From a virus (lineage: Duplodnaviria; Caudoviricetes): a stretch of DNA of 64,000 bases. The position numbers and the translations under genes were made by a program. The notes beneath the pieces were generated by a model, which was given only the letters and a program-made list of their open reading frames with translations, did no database searches and was not told the DNA's origin. Positions 11,696 through 19,828 of this stretch are shown here, one piece after another (within the stretch, counting starts at the first letter, position 1; every line of letters begins with the position of its first letter). The stretch is from IMG/VR virus record IMGVR_UViG_3300037067_008519, positions 58,332 through 122,331 of that record; one strand, given 5' to 3'.

Positions 11696-12630
11696 TGACA
11701 AACCCTAATCCAACTTTTATAGAAGTAACAGATGTACCGACCGATAGACTAATTATTGGAGAAGGTTATGTAAACATTCATGGAGAAATACTTTATATTC
11801 CTTCAGGAACTTTTATTCCCGCTAGTGGAGATTCTAAATATTTTAATGGTAATAATGGTACATGGTATATATTTATTAGTCCCAATGATAATGCCCAAGA
11901 ATATTATTATGGAAATAATTTTACTCTGAGAACTAGCATAGTCAATTCCGGTTCTTCTGATGAAATGCTTATAGCATCGGTTAATAAGATTAATACTGAT
12001 TTGTCTTCCTTAGTGCCTCATAGTGGTAACTTTAATATGATACTTGATGATGCTGTTTCTGCTAGGACAATAAATTCAGATGTAGCTGGCAGCGGTCTTA
12101 TGCAAGATATAGATGGATCATTAAAAGTAAATGTTGATGATGTTACCCTACAAATAGTCTCTGATGTAGTAAAGACCAAAAATGTTCCCGGCCAGCTCAT
12201 GACCAAGGCCGCAGCCCCTATCACCCTCGGCGGTGCCGCTGACTGGTACACGTCTTCAGCCGCTTGGTACACGATCCGCAACGGGGACACGCCCGCCAAG
12301 TACCTGGAATACAACTATACTGCCCCCGCTGATGGCATCCTCCTGTTCCTTGTTTCAATGCCGTGCAAACACGCTGCCGCCGCAGCGATTGTCTCGTTGC
12401 GGATTTGGGAGAACGCGGCGGGTATTCAAATCCCTGCGGGCTGGGCACCTTCCCCCATAACCAGTGCTAGTTATTTTCTGCCAGCGTTTCTTTTCGCCGC
12501 ATATCCGGTCACAAAAGATACGGCCTATGAGTTCAAGGCACAGTTCTACTTAGCAGCCGGGGCTGGCTACAATCTTACCATTGACCGTACTTCGTCCCAG
12601 ATGATTATTCTGCCTTGGACCAACCCATAA
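11695..12630 (+). CDS. tail fibre/receptor-binding protein with GC-rich C-terminal module
   Basis: AGSGLMQD..GSLKVNVDDVTLQI fibre-shaft motif; abrupt rise in GC after ~12185. Confidence 0.6.
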   Translation: MTNPNPTFIEVTDVPTDRLIIGEGYVNIHGEILYIPSGTFIPASGDSKYFNGNNGTWYIFISPNDNAQEYYYGNNFTLRTSIVNSGSSDEMLIASVNKINTDLSSLVPHSGNFNMILDDAVSARTINSDVAGSGLMQDIDGSLKVNVDDVTLQIVSDVVKTKNVPGQLMTKAAAPITLGGAADWYTSSAAWYTIRNGDTPAKYLEYNYTAPADGILLFLVSMPCKHAAAAAIVSLRIWENAAGIQIPAGWAPSPITSASYFLPAFLFAAYPVTKDTAYEFKAQFYLAAGAGYNLTIDRTSSQMIILPWTNP

Positions 12631-12712
12631 AAGGGGTAAATGTGTCTATAATTTATGGTTTGATAATTTTTTTGATTTTGGTGTTAATACATAGTAGAGA
12701 GGAGGTAATGGA

Positions 12713-13498
12713 ATGCCAGAAGAAGTTCGCAAATGTGAAATTTGTGGAAAATTACTCGTTAATCAGCAAAAGAAATTTTGTTCGGATTTATGTAGGGGTA
12801 AAGCAAAAACTTTAAATAATACTATACTATGTATATATAAATATTGTGAAAAAGAATTCAGAATTTCTAAAAGTCATTTTAATAGAAGTGAAGGAGAGGG
12901 CAGTTTTTGTTCTAGAGAATGTAGGGGTAAATCAGAGACTACAAAAATTAAAAGAAACTGTTTATTTTGTGGAAAAGAATTTGAGGCATATCTTTGTAGG
13001 ATTAAAAATAATTTAGGAAAATATTGTTCTAAAGATTGCGCCGATAGGGATAGGGCTAATAAATATTTTGGCGAGAATAGTTCTAATTGGAAAGGCGGGC
13101 CAAAAATAATTACTTGCTTACATTGTGGAAAAGATTTTATTGCCCCACGTTCTAGGATAAATATTGCTAAATACTGTTCAAGGGAGTGTAGTGGACTGCA
13201 TAATTGGAAAGATATACAAATATATATAGATAATGGATATAAAATTTCCCTTAATTATGGAGAGTATATATTGGAACATCGTCAGGTTGTCTCTGAAATA
13301 ATGGGAAGAAAATTATTAATGGAAGAGGTAGTTCATCATAAAGATTTTAATAAGAAAAATAATAACCCGAGCAATTTAGCTTTATTCGCAAACCAATCCG
13401 CACATATGAAATATCATATGACAGGAATTATAACTAATTGTATTTGGGATTTAGGGGGTGTAAATTTATGTTACCAAGAAACGTTCGTATATGTTTAA
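12713..13498 (+). CDS. HNH homing endonuclease with tandem CxxC...(F/Y)CSxxC zinc-finger repeats
   Basis: Four CxxC(G)K.F...CS..C repeats; EHR...VVHHKDFNKKNNNPSNL HNH motif. Confidence 0.85.
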   Translation: MPEEVRKCEICGKLLVNQQKKFCSDLCRGKAKTLNNTILCIYKYCEKEFRISKSHFNRSEGEGSFCSRECRGKSETTKIKRNCLFCGKEFEAYLCRIKNNLGKYCSKDCADRDRANKYFGENSSNWKGGPKIITCLHCGKDFIAPRSRINIAKYCSRECSGLHNWKDIQIYIDNGYKISLNYGEYILEHRQVVSEIMGRKLLMEEVVHHKDFNKKNNNPSNLALFANQSAHMKYHMTGIITNCIWDLGGVNLCYQETFVYV

Positions 13499-14388
13499 TT
13501 ACAAGTCTTCAAGGGCCACCGGAGGAAACCAGCCCAAATGATAATTTAGACACAAGAAGAATTGGTATTGCTTTAGAAAATAGATTTAAGGCTGCGGGAT
13601 TTCAAACTAATCTATTAAATAGAGATGATTTTCCTAATGAAGGAGATGCTTATCTACACGCTATTCAATTAGCCCGTGTATGGGGGCCAACTCTTATAAT
13701 AAATATACATCAAGATGATATAGGGAATTCTACTGAAACGGGATGGTTAGTAGAATATAATGATGGATTTGTTGGTTCTAAAGAATTTGCTGAAGAGATT
13801 GCTGCTGTATTTAGAACTATGATTCCAATTGGAACTTCTCGCCCGGCTACGGGCGGGGTAATAATAGATGACCACGTAGCAGCGACAAAAAATGTTTGGG
13901 ACATTCTGATTGAATATGGGATGTATGGAGGAACTGATGAACAGAAAGTAACTTTAGAACAATGGGCGGAAGCTACATATCAAGGAACTTTGAATTGTTT
14001 AATAAAATATTTTGGCTTGAATTTAACAGGCACAAAAGGAGGGAAAAAAGAAGTGGCAGTATCACCATTAGATAAAATGAAGAATGAGGGGAATTTGTTT
14101 GTATTCTCTACTTCTGAGGCATGGTATGACCTTGGAAATAGGAAGGCAGATTGTTTTCTAACTATCATAAGTGAAAGCGATAGTCCTATTGATGGGGCTT
14201 TCTTTTGCAAGCCTTGGAAGGATGGAGCACCCCCGAGTGGTTATCCCATTCATCTACCTGAAAAAAATAATGAGGGTTCACGACAGAGTTTTAATCTTGC
14301 AGAGTATGGACCAACAGGGGGATTCGGAGTAACGGTTAAATTGAATAATGACAATGTTAATTGCAAGGTTAGCATACTAGAGATATAA
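13468..14388 (+). CDS. endolysin, N-acetylmuramoyl-L-alanine amidase (Amidase_3-like) plus C-terminal domain
   Basis: INIHQD, ILIEYG and WAEATYQG motifs; SD AGGGGGT before ATG 13468; follows the tail genes. Confidence 0.7.
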   Translation: MLPRNVRICLITSLQGPPEETSPNDNLDTRRIGIALENRFKAAGFQTNLLNRDDFPNEGDAYLHAIQLARVWGPTLIINIHQDDIGNSTETGWLVEYNDGFVGSKEFAEEIAAVFRTMIPIGTSRPATGGVIIDDHVAATKNVWDILIEYGMYGGTDEQKVTLEQWAEATYQGTLNCLIKYFGLNLTGTKGGKKEVAVSPLDKMKNEGNLFVFSTSEAWYDLGNRKADCFLTIISESDSPIDGAFFCKPWKDGAPPSGYPIHLPEKNNEGSRQSFNLAEYGPTGGFGVTVKLNNDNVNCKVSILEI

Positions 14389-14392
14389 AAAC

Positions 14393-14420
14393 TTGACTTT
14401 TCGGTAGAGTTGTGTATAAT
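14393..14420 (+). promoter_or_regulatory. sigma70-type promoter
   Basis: TTGACT-N16-TATAAT. Confidence 0.65.
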
Positions 14421-14434
14421 AGAATTAAGATAAA

Positions 14435-14494
14435 AACATGACCTAAGCAGTAATCAATTATTATTAAATTTTTTAGACTAGTTTAGGTCATGTT
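14435..14494. repeat. 12-bp perfect inverted repeat with 36-nt AT-rich spacer
   Basis: AACATGACCTAA (14435-14446) / TTAGGTCATGTT (14483-14494). Confidence 0.85.
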
Positions 14495-14556
14495 ACCAGA
14501 TAACAGAATCGAGGTTGCGGTCAAGGACCAGGGGGAATAGAGAACAGCTTCACCGT

Positions 14557-14585
14557 TTTACATGCTTGCCCCGGGGTTATATACT
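14557..14585 (+). promoter_or_regulatory. sigma70-type promoter of the GC-rich cassette
   Basis: TTTACA-N17-TATACT. Confidence 0.55.
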
Positions 14586-14636
14586 CATTTAGCCGAAAAT
14601 ATTGCATGATATCGCTTGCGGAGCGAAGGAGGTCAT

Positions 14637-14897
14637 ATGGCTGAGGAGTTGCCAAAGTTCTATGTGAATGTTGTTGAGCTAACCGCATCGCCGTATGATT
14701 TCACGTTCGATTTTGGCCTCAAGACGCCCGAACAGCTCAAGCAGGGTGGCTCGGATTTTGAAAGGACTGTGAGGATAGCGATGAGTCCCTCACATGCCAA
14801 GAGCATGCTGCCGATATTAACTGATAGCATTAGAACTTATGAGGAGAATTTCGGCATAATACCGAGCCCTCATTACGATAAGGACGAGGAGGGGTAG
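14637..14897 (+). CDS. DUF3467-like protein
   Basis: YVN......SPYDFTFDFG...RIAMSPSHAKSML..L...IRTYEENFG.I signature; SD AAGGAGG before ATG 14637. Confidence 0.75.
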   Translation: MAEELPKFYVNVVELTASPYDFTFDFGLKTPEQLKQGGSDFERTVRIAMSPSHAKSMLPILTDSIRTYEENFGIIPSPHYDKDEEG

Positions 14898-14900
14898 AAA

Positions 14901-15140
14901 GTGGTATTTACGAATGCTGCTAACCAAATTGCAACGGTGATGACCACGGCTGAAATAGCTGTGGAAACCATTTTCGACAGGCGCAACGATGTTTGCATAC
15001 TTCCTTTCATCGATAACCGGCCCGAATTGGATGCAACGGCTTTGATTTATCGGTCGCCAGAACTGCTTCGGGACATCTTAATCGCCAAGGGCACCTTGAG
15101 CGAGGTTGAACTTCTTACGCACGATGATCTATTTGGTTAG
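14901..15140 (+). CDS. small acidic protein, putative antitoxin
   Basis: 79 aa, immediately upstream of a RelE-like gene; C-terminus (ELLRDILIAK..LSEVELLTHDDLFG) resembles antitoxin tails; SD GAGGAGG. Confidence 0.5.
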   Translation: MVFTNAANQIATVMTTAEIAVETIFDRRNDVCILPFIDNRPELDATALIYRSPELLRDILIAKGTLSEVELLTHDDLFG

Positions 15141-15157
15141 AAGTTTCGCAATCGAAG

Positions 15158-15499
15158 ATGGCCTATACCGACTTCTACCATCCGAGATTTGCAGATTGTC
15201 TAACTAGATATGGCTCGCTTAAAAAAAGAATCGAAACAAAGAACAACTACATCCTACAGAAGCCCGATATGGGTGAACAACTTCAAGGCGATTTAGAGGG
15301 CTATCGCAGTTACCCGCTTGCTAGGTCTTTCCTTATCATTTATATAGTCTGCGACGATTGTCGCCGGCTTGAACAGTTGGCTGAACGTGCCTGTAACCGC
15401 TGCGGAGAAATCCCCGAGGAAAGCGTTATTTTTATGGCAATCGGGCCATATGACGATGCGTACAAAATGGCTAAAACCATAACCGAAATAGATTTCTAG
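15158..15499 (+). CDS. RelE/ParE-superfamily toxin with CxxC...CxxC insertion
   Basis: YHPRF...PDMGEQLQGDLEGYRSY...FLIIY...VIFMAIGPYDDAY RelE pattern; CDDC...CNRC insert. Confidence 0.75.
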   Translation: MAYTDFYHPRFADCLTRYGSLKKRIETKNNYILQKPDMGEQLQGDLEGYRSYPLARSFLIIYIVCDDCRRLEQLAERACNRCGEIPEESVIFMAIGPYDDAYKMAKTITEIDF

Positions 15500-15528
15500 G
15501 TTTCTAAAGTATATAATTCCCAATTAAA

Positions 15529-15607
15529 GAGGGTAAGAACTGAGTCATTCGGGTCTTCCCTTCCCAAGAGAGGTAAGGGCGGCTGCGGCAGCAGCAGGTT
15601 CTCTCTC
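15529..15607 (+). ncRNA. candidate multi-stem structured RNA
   Basis: Closing stem GAGGG-UA-AGAAC/GUUCU-CUCUC, internal CCCUU/AAGGG stem and GCUGC-GGCA-GCAGC GNRA hairpin; TATAAT at 15512-15517. Confidence 0.5.
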
Positions 15608-15611
15608 ACTA

Positions 15612-15700
15612 GATAAATACAACAATAATTAACAAGTAAAACATGTTGAACATGATTTAACCTTTAGATTATTTTACTCTAAAATCAGGTTGTATTTATC
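15612..15700. repeat. 12-bp perfect inverted repeat enclosing an AT-rich 65-nt segment
   Basis: GATAAATACAAC (15612-15623) / GTTGTATTTATC (15689-15700). Confidence 0.85.
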
Positions 15701-15736
15701 AATCTGGTTATTTTTTATTTTAAAGGAGGAAATGGA

Positions 15737-16441
15737 ATGGCATACGACAATAGGACTTTTGAGGAGAGAGTTTACAAGGTAGGAACTAAGGAATGTAAGT
15801 ATCAAGTTTATTTTAGTAAGAGAATGTCCCGTAAGAAGCCAGCAATTGAATTAAATGAAGTGGAAAAACTTTCGGATTTTGCAGGTTTGAAGAATTGGAC
15901 TATTAAATGGATTAATGCTTACGAAGATTTTATGTTTTACTCTTCTGATAATCAAAGGAAAGAATTTGGAGAGAAGTATCCTAGGGGAATGAGATTTATT
16001 TGTTGTGCTGGTGTTCAGGATAAGGATGGAAACTTGTTTGAGGCAATTGGTTCGGCATCTCCAGACTCAGTTGACCTTTTGAAGAACTATACACCGGAGC
16101 TTGCGGAAAAGAGGGCGAAAGTTAGGGTAGCTTTGGATGCTCTTGGTTTGCATGACCTTAATGCTGGTATCGAGTTTAGTGATACGGATAGCCCTAATAA
16201 TTCGGATGATTCTAAGCAAACCGAACAAGTAGAGCAAGACTATGATGAGCGTGAGAAACTGTTTGATGAAATGTCTAAATTGAAACTGGAATTAGGCTGG
16301 GATAATGATACTTTCAAAAGGTTCTTGGCAGAGATAGAGCTTGGAAAAAATCCGGTTAAAATGTCTATAGAAGAGTTGACACAGGTTCTAACTGCTATGC
16401 AAAAGATGGTAAAGAAAGCTAAGACAAAGGGGAAGAAGTAA
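15737..16441 (+). CDS. putative single-strand annealing protein (Rad52/Sak-like)
   Basis: A.V.D.DG..F.AIGSA...ELAEKRAKVR...DALGL motif; first gene of the replication block. Confidence 0.5.
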   Translation: MAYDNRTFEERVYKVGTKECKYQVYFSKRMSRKKPAIELNEVEKLSDFAGLKNWTIKWINAYEDFMFYSSDNQRKEFGEKYPRGMRFICCAGVQDKDGNLFEAIGSASPDSVDLLKNYTPELAEKRAKVRVALDALGLHDLNAGIEFSDTDSPNNSDDSKQTEQVEQDYDEREKLFDEMSKLKLELGWDNDTFKRFLAEIELGKNPVKMSIEELTQVLTAMQKMVKKAKTKGKK

Positions 16442-16443
16442 AA

Positions 16444-16626
16444 ATGGACCCACAGGAAGTAGTAAAGAATTATATAACAAACACTATTAAAAATCTTGTA
16501 GCATTAGCTGGGGATAATTTAGTATTTGAAACTTTTGTAGAAATATGGTCCCCAGAAGTGGTTTATAATACGGTTGCCCAGCTAATGACGGTGTTAAATG
16601 TAGAGAAGACTATAAAGAAGGACTAA
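16444..16626 (+). CDS. hypothetical protein
   Basis: Tightly packed ORF in operon. Confidence 0.55.
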   Translation: MDPQEVVKNYITNTIKNLVALAGDNLVFETFVEIWSPEVVYNTVAQLMTVLNVEKTIKKD

Positions 16627-16630
16627 CAAA

Positions 16631-17233
16631 ATGGATGTAGAGGAACATATTTATAAAGCAATACAAGACTTATCCATCTTTCCTGTAGAATTCATCATGG
16701 AAGCTTTTATGAATGTATTCGGCGGCAAGGAAATAAGAGAAAAAGTTAGCCCCCTGCTGGATAATAAAGCTGAGAAGAAAGTTTACAATGCCATGTCTAG
16801 AGGATTACGTAGGGAAATCATAGCTTGGCTTGATGGTTACAAATGTGTTTTTTGTGGAGCTGAACTAGGGGAAGATTATTTATTGTCTTATTTCAATGGG
16901 CCGGTTAAGTCTTTTGAGGAAGGGCTTTATACTATCTTTACTTCCTGTGGTAGTTGTAATAAAAGAAAAAAAGGAATGCATAAAGAATATCCCTATGAAA
17001 AGTTGATACAAAAAAGAAAAGATAATGTTTTGGTTATGATAGATTTCTTGTGGCATGACAAGATAGGCAGGAGAGCTTTGAAAAGGGCCATAAAAGCGTA
17101 TAGACAAATTATGCAAGAAGAAGGTCAAGAAGATGGAAATGAAGAAATTGGACTTGGAGATTGCGAGTTGGAATTTGATAGGCAGACCCGAGACATTCAA
17201 GGAGAAGATGGGATCATTGATGAGGATAACTGA
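16631..17233 (+). CDS. HNH-like zinc-binding protein
   Basis: DGYKCVFCG ... SCGSCNKRK; degenerate HNH-type CxxC pairs. Confidence 0.5.
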   Translation: MDVEEHIYKAIQDLSIFPVEFIMEAFMNVFGGKEIREKVSPLLDNKAEKKVYNAMSRGLRREIIAWLDGYKCVFCGAELGEDYLLSYFNGPVKSFEEGLYTIFTSCGSCNKRKKGMHKEYPYEKLIQKRKDNVLVMIDFLWHDKIGRRALKRAIKAYRQIMQEEGQEDGNEEIGLGDCELEFDRQTRDIQGEDGIIDEDN

Positions 17234-17426
17234 TGGTAAGGTTCCCGCATCGGAATTAGGTCATATGATTAAACGGTACAATTTTACCGATATAGTTTCT
17301 GCATATGCGGCCTACTTTGAGGAACCACGGGATAATAAGCATAGGATTCCTTGGATTAAATATTTCCTCAATAATAGAGAAAAAGATAAGAAAGAATTGG
17401 AAAGCCTAAAGGAACGGTACGCATAG
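17133..17426 (+). CDS. hypothetical protein upstream of helicase
   Basis: ORF abutting dnaB. Confidence 0.5.
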   Translation: MEMKKLDLEIASWNLIGRPETFKEKMGSLMRITDGKVPASELGHMIKRYNFTDIVSAYAAYFEEPRDNKHRIPWIKYFLNNREKDKKELESLKERYA

Positions 17427-17427
17427 C

Positions 17428-18771
17428 GTGTCTATAAAGGAAGAAAGGTTTGTTCTATCTGTCATATTAAATAATCCTGATTCTTATTGGGAAGTAAGTA
17501 GTATTTTGCAACCTTCAGATTTTACTCTGATATCCAATGCTCATATCTATAGTGCTATTAAATCTCTTTTAGAAAATAATCAGGATATTGATATTGTATC
17601 AATTTCAAATAGTTTTGACAAGCCTATTAAGAAGACTTTAGAAAAGGAAGCCGGGGATATATTACAGTATTTACAAGCTCTCAAAGAATCCCCTTACTCC
17701 AAAAAGAACTTATTAGCAAATGCAGAGAAAATAAAATTGGAATCGGTTCGCAGGCAACTTGGATCAGCATTAGAAAACATGTCTAAGGAAGTATCAAAAT
17801 TAAAAGTTGAATCTATTGATGAATTAGTAGGTATTTGTGATGAAAGAATTATAGAGATAGGGCTATCCAATTCTTCACAAACCGATGATGGGCAAGTAGG
17901 AAAAAATGCAGATGATTTTTTAACTGATAGGGTTGTTGAAAATAGGATTCAAATTGGTTTCAAACATTTAGATAATTTGACAGGAGGTTTTGCACCGGGG
18001 CAATTGACAGTAGTAGCAGCCGTTTTTAAGACAGGCAAGTCCACAATATTATGGAATTGGGCTTTGTGGTTAGCGAGGGCGGGTTGTCCTGTTCTTTATC
18101 TGGATACTGAAATGACTTTATCGGAACAGCAAGCAAGAGCTTTAGCCAATATGACAGGTATAAGCGAAAAGAAGATTACCAATGGTCTTTGTAATCCAAT
18201 AGAAAAAATGGAATTAACTGAAGCTATAGAAGAACTTAAAGGGATGCCGTTCTATCATGTCTATCTTCCCACGTATACTAATGAGCAAATTGTTAATATA
18301 GCTAGAAAATACAGAATACAGAAAGGTGTGAAGATAATATTCTTTGATTACATCAAGGTTCCAGAGGTTTCTAATCAAGAATGGCTAGAATTAGGATATC
18401 TTACTAACACACTAAAAAATAAAGTGGCGGGGGCTTTGGAAGTTCCTGTTATAACAGCAGCGCAGTTAAATAGATCAGGAATTAATACTAATACTTTTAC
18501 GGGGGAAGAGATAGCGGGTTCTATTAAGATTCTTCATTTAGCAAACCACATTCTTTATCTAAGATATAAATCTAAATCAGAAAGAGAAAAGCACGGGAGG
18601 AAGCAGGGGAATATGATTTTGAAAATGGCTTTCTCAAGAAACTGTCCTACAGGGTTGGAGTTTTATTTGAACTTCCAGAAACCTGTTTTGAGGATTACAG
18701 AAGTAGGCATTAATAAAGAGAGTTATGAAGAGATTGGGGAAGATTTTGAACTGGACTCAGATTTTATCTAA
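17428..18771 (+). CDS. dnaB: replicative DNA helicase
   Basis: E..VL..IL N-terminal domain, Walker A AAVFKTGKST, YLDTEM, IFFDYIK, AAQLNR. Confidence 0.93.
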   Translation: MSIKEERFVLSVILNNPDSYWEVSSILQPSDFTLISNAHIYSAIKSLLENNQDIDIVSISNSFDKPIKKTLEKEAGDILQYLQALKESPYSKKNLLANAEKIKLESVRRQLGSALENMSKEVSKLKVESIDELVGICDERIIEIGLSNSSQTDDGQVGKNADDFLTDRVVENRIQIGFKHLDNLTGGFAPGQLTVVAAVFKTGKSTILWNWALWLARAGCPVLYLDTEMTLSEQQARALANMTGISEKKITNGLCNPIEKMELTEAIEELKGMPFYHVYLPTYTNEQIVNIARKYRIQKGVKIIFFDYIKVPEVSNQEWLELGYLTNTLKNKVAGALEVPVITAAQLNRSGINTNTFTGEEIAGSIKILHLANHILYLRYKSKSEREKHGRKQGNMILKMAFSRNCPTGLEFYLNFQKPVLRITEVGINKESYEEIGEDFELDSDFI

Positions 18772-19708
18772 TATAAATATAAAAGACTTACTATTATCCT
18801 ATGGGATCAAAGGAAGACAATATAAAGTAGATGAAATTTTTATTCCATGTCCTTTTCATTCAGAAAAAGAACCTTCATGCTCGGTTAATACCATGAAAGC
18901 TGTTTTCCGGTGTTTCGGCTGTGGAGCTGCTGGGTCTATTGTTAAGTTAATTCAACAACTAGAAGGAATAACTAGAGAAGAAGCTTTTCAGAAAGTTTTG
19001 TCTTTAGCCGGGGTTCAGGAAGATTTTGAGGGACAAGTTGCTTGTAGTCAAGAGGTAAATGACTTTATCTCTTCTATAAATAACCTGAATGGATATAAAA
19101 AATGCCCCGTCATCTCTGAAGATTTTATTAAAAGATGTACTCAAAATGTAGATTATACTTATTGGATTGAGCGTGGTTTTTCAGAGGATACTCTAAGGTT
19201 TTTCAATGTAGGTTTTGTCAAGGAGGGTATTTATGCAGGAAGGTTTATAATACCAATCTATGATGAAGATGGTGGACTAGTAGGTTTTAGTTCTAGAAAT
19301 ATAGATAATTCAGAACCACGCTATATTCATATGGGTAATATGGGAAAAAGTGCTGTTCTTTATAATCTAAATAATGTTAATGACCACATGGAGAATAGTA
19401 TGCTGATTACGGAAGGATTTGTGGATACTTGGCGGGCTTGGCAATATGGATACTCTACTGTAGTTGCTCTAATGGGGGTAGATTTAAGTAGGGACCAGCA
19501 AAGACTACTGACGAGGAATACTTATAGTGTTATTTTAGGATTAGATAATGACAAGGCAGGCCAGGAAGCTACAAAGAAAATTGTTGATAAATTAAAACAT
19601 CTAATGGAGATTAGAGTTATGTTGCTTCCCGAAGGTAAGGACATTGGAGATTTATCAGAAGAAGAGTTTAAACAAGCAATTAAACAAGCCAAGAGGGTCA
19701 AAGTATAA
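18725..19708 (+). CDS. dnaG: DNA primase (CHC2 zinc finger + TOPRIM)
   Basis: CPFHSEKEPS...CFGCG; ITEGFVD; LDNDKAG; KDIGD. Confidence 0.93.
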   Translation: MKRLGKILNWTQILSNINIKDLLLSYGIKGRQYKVDEIFIPCPFHSEKEPSCSVNTMKAVFRCFGCGAAGSIVKLIQQLEGITREEAFQKVLSLAGVQEDFEGQVACSQEVNDFISSINNLNGYKKCPVISEDFIKRCTQNVDYTYWIERGFSEDTLRFFNVGFVKEGIYAGRFIIPIYDEDGGLVGFSSRNIDNSEPRYIHMGNMGKSAVLYNLNNVNDHMENSMLITEGFVDTWRAWQYGYSTVVALMGVDLSRDQQRLLTRNTYSVILGLDNDKAGQEATKKIVDKLKHLMEIRVMLLPEGKDIGDLSEEEFKQAIKQAKRVKV

Positions 19709-19828
19709 TCGTTTTTGGTGAAGAATTACAAAGAATTGACTTATGAAAATTGGTTGAAGTATAAAAACATAGGCTAGACTATGTATATTAAAAGACATTT
19801 TAAAAAACTAATAAAAAAGGAGAGATGA

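Noticed and set aside
11695-12630. Diversity-generating retroelement target
   Set aside because: No reverse transcriptase and no template-repeat copy are visible in the window; a module swap explains the GC shift.
12615-12815. Hydrophobic ORF as a holin
   Set aside because: The hydrophobic stretch comes from T-rich intergenic sequence, and half the ORF overlaps the HNH gene out of frame. It cannot be supported, though it is not excluded.
15529-15607. Twister or hammerhead ribozyme (UCCCAAG, GAGGG and CUGA fragments)
   Set aside because: The conserved cores are incomplete and in the wrong order; kept only as an unassigned structured RNA.
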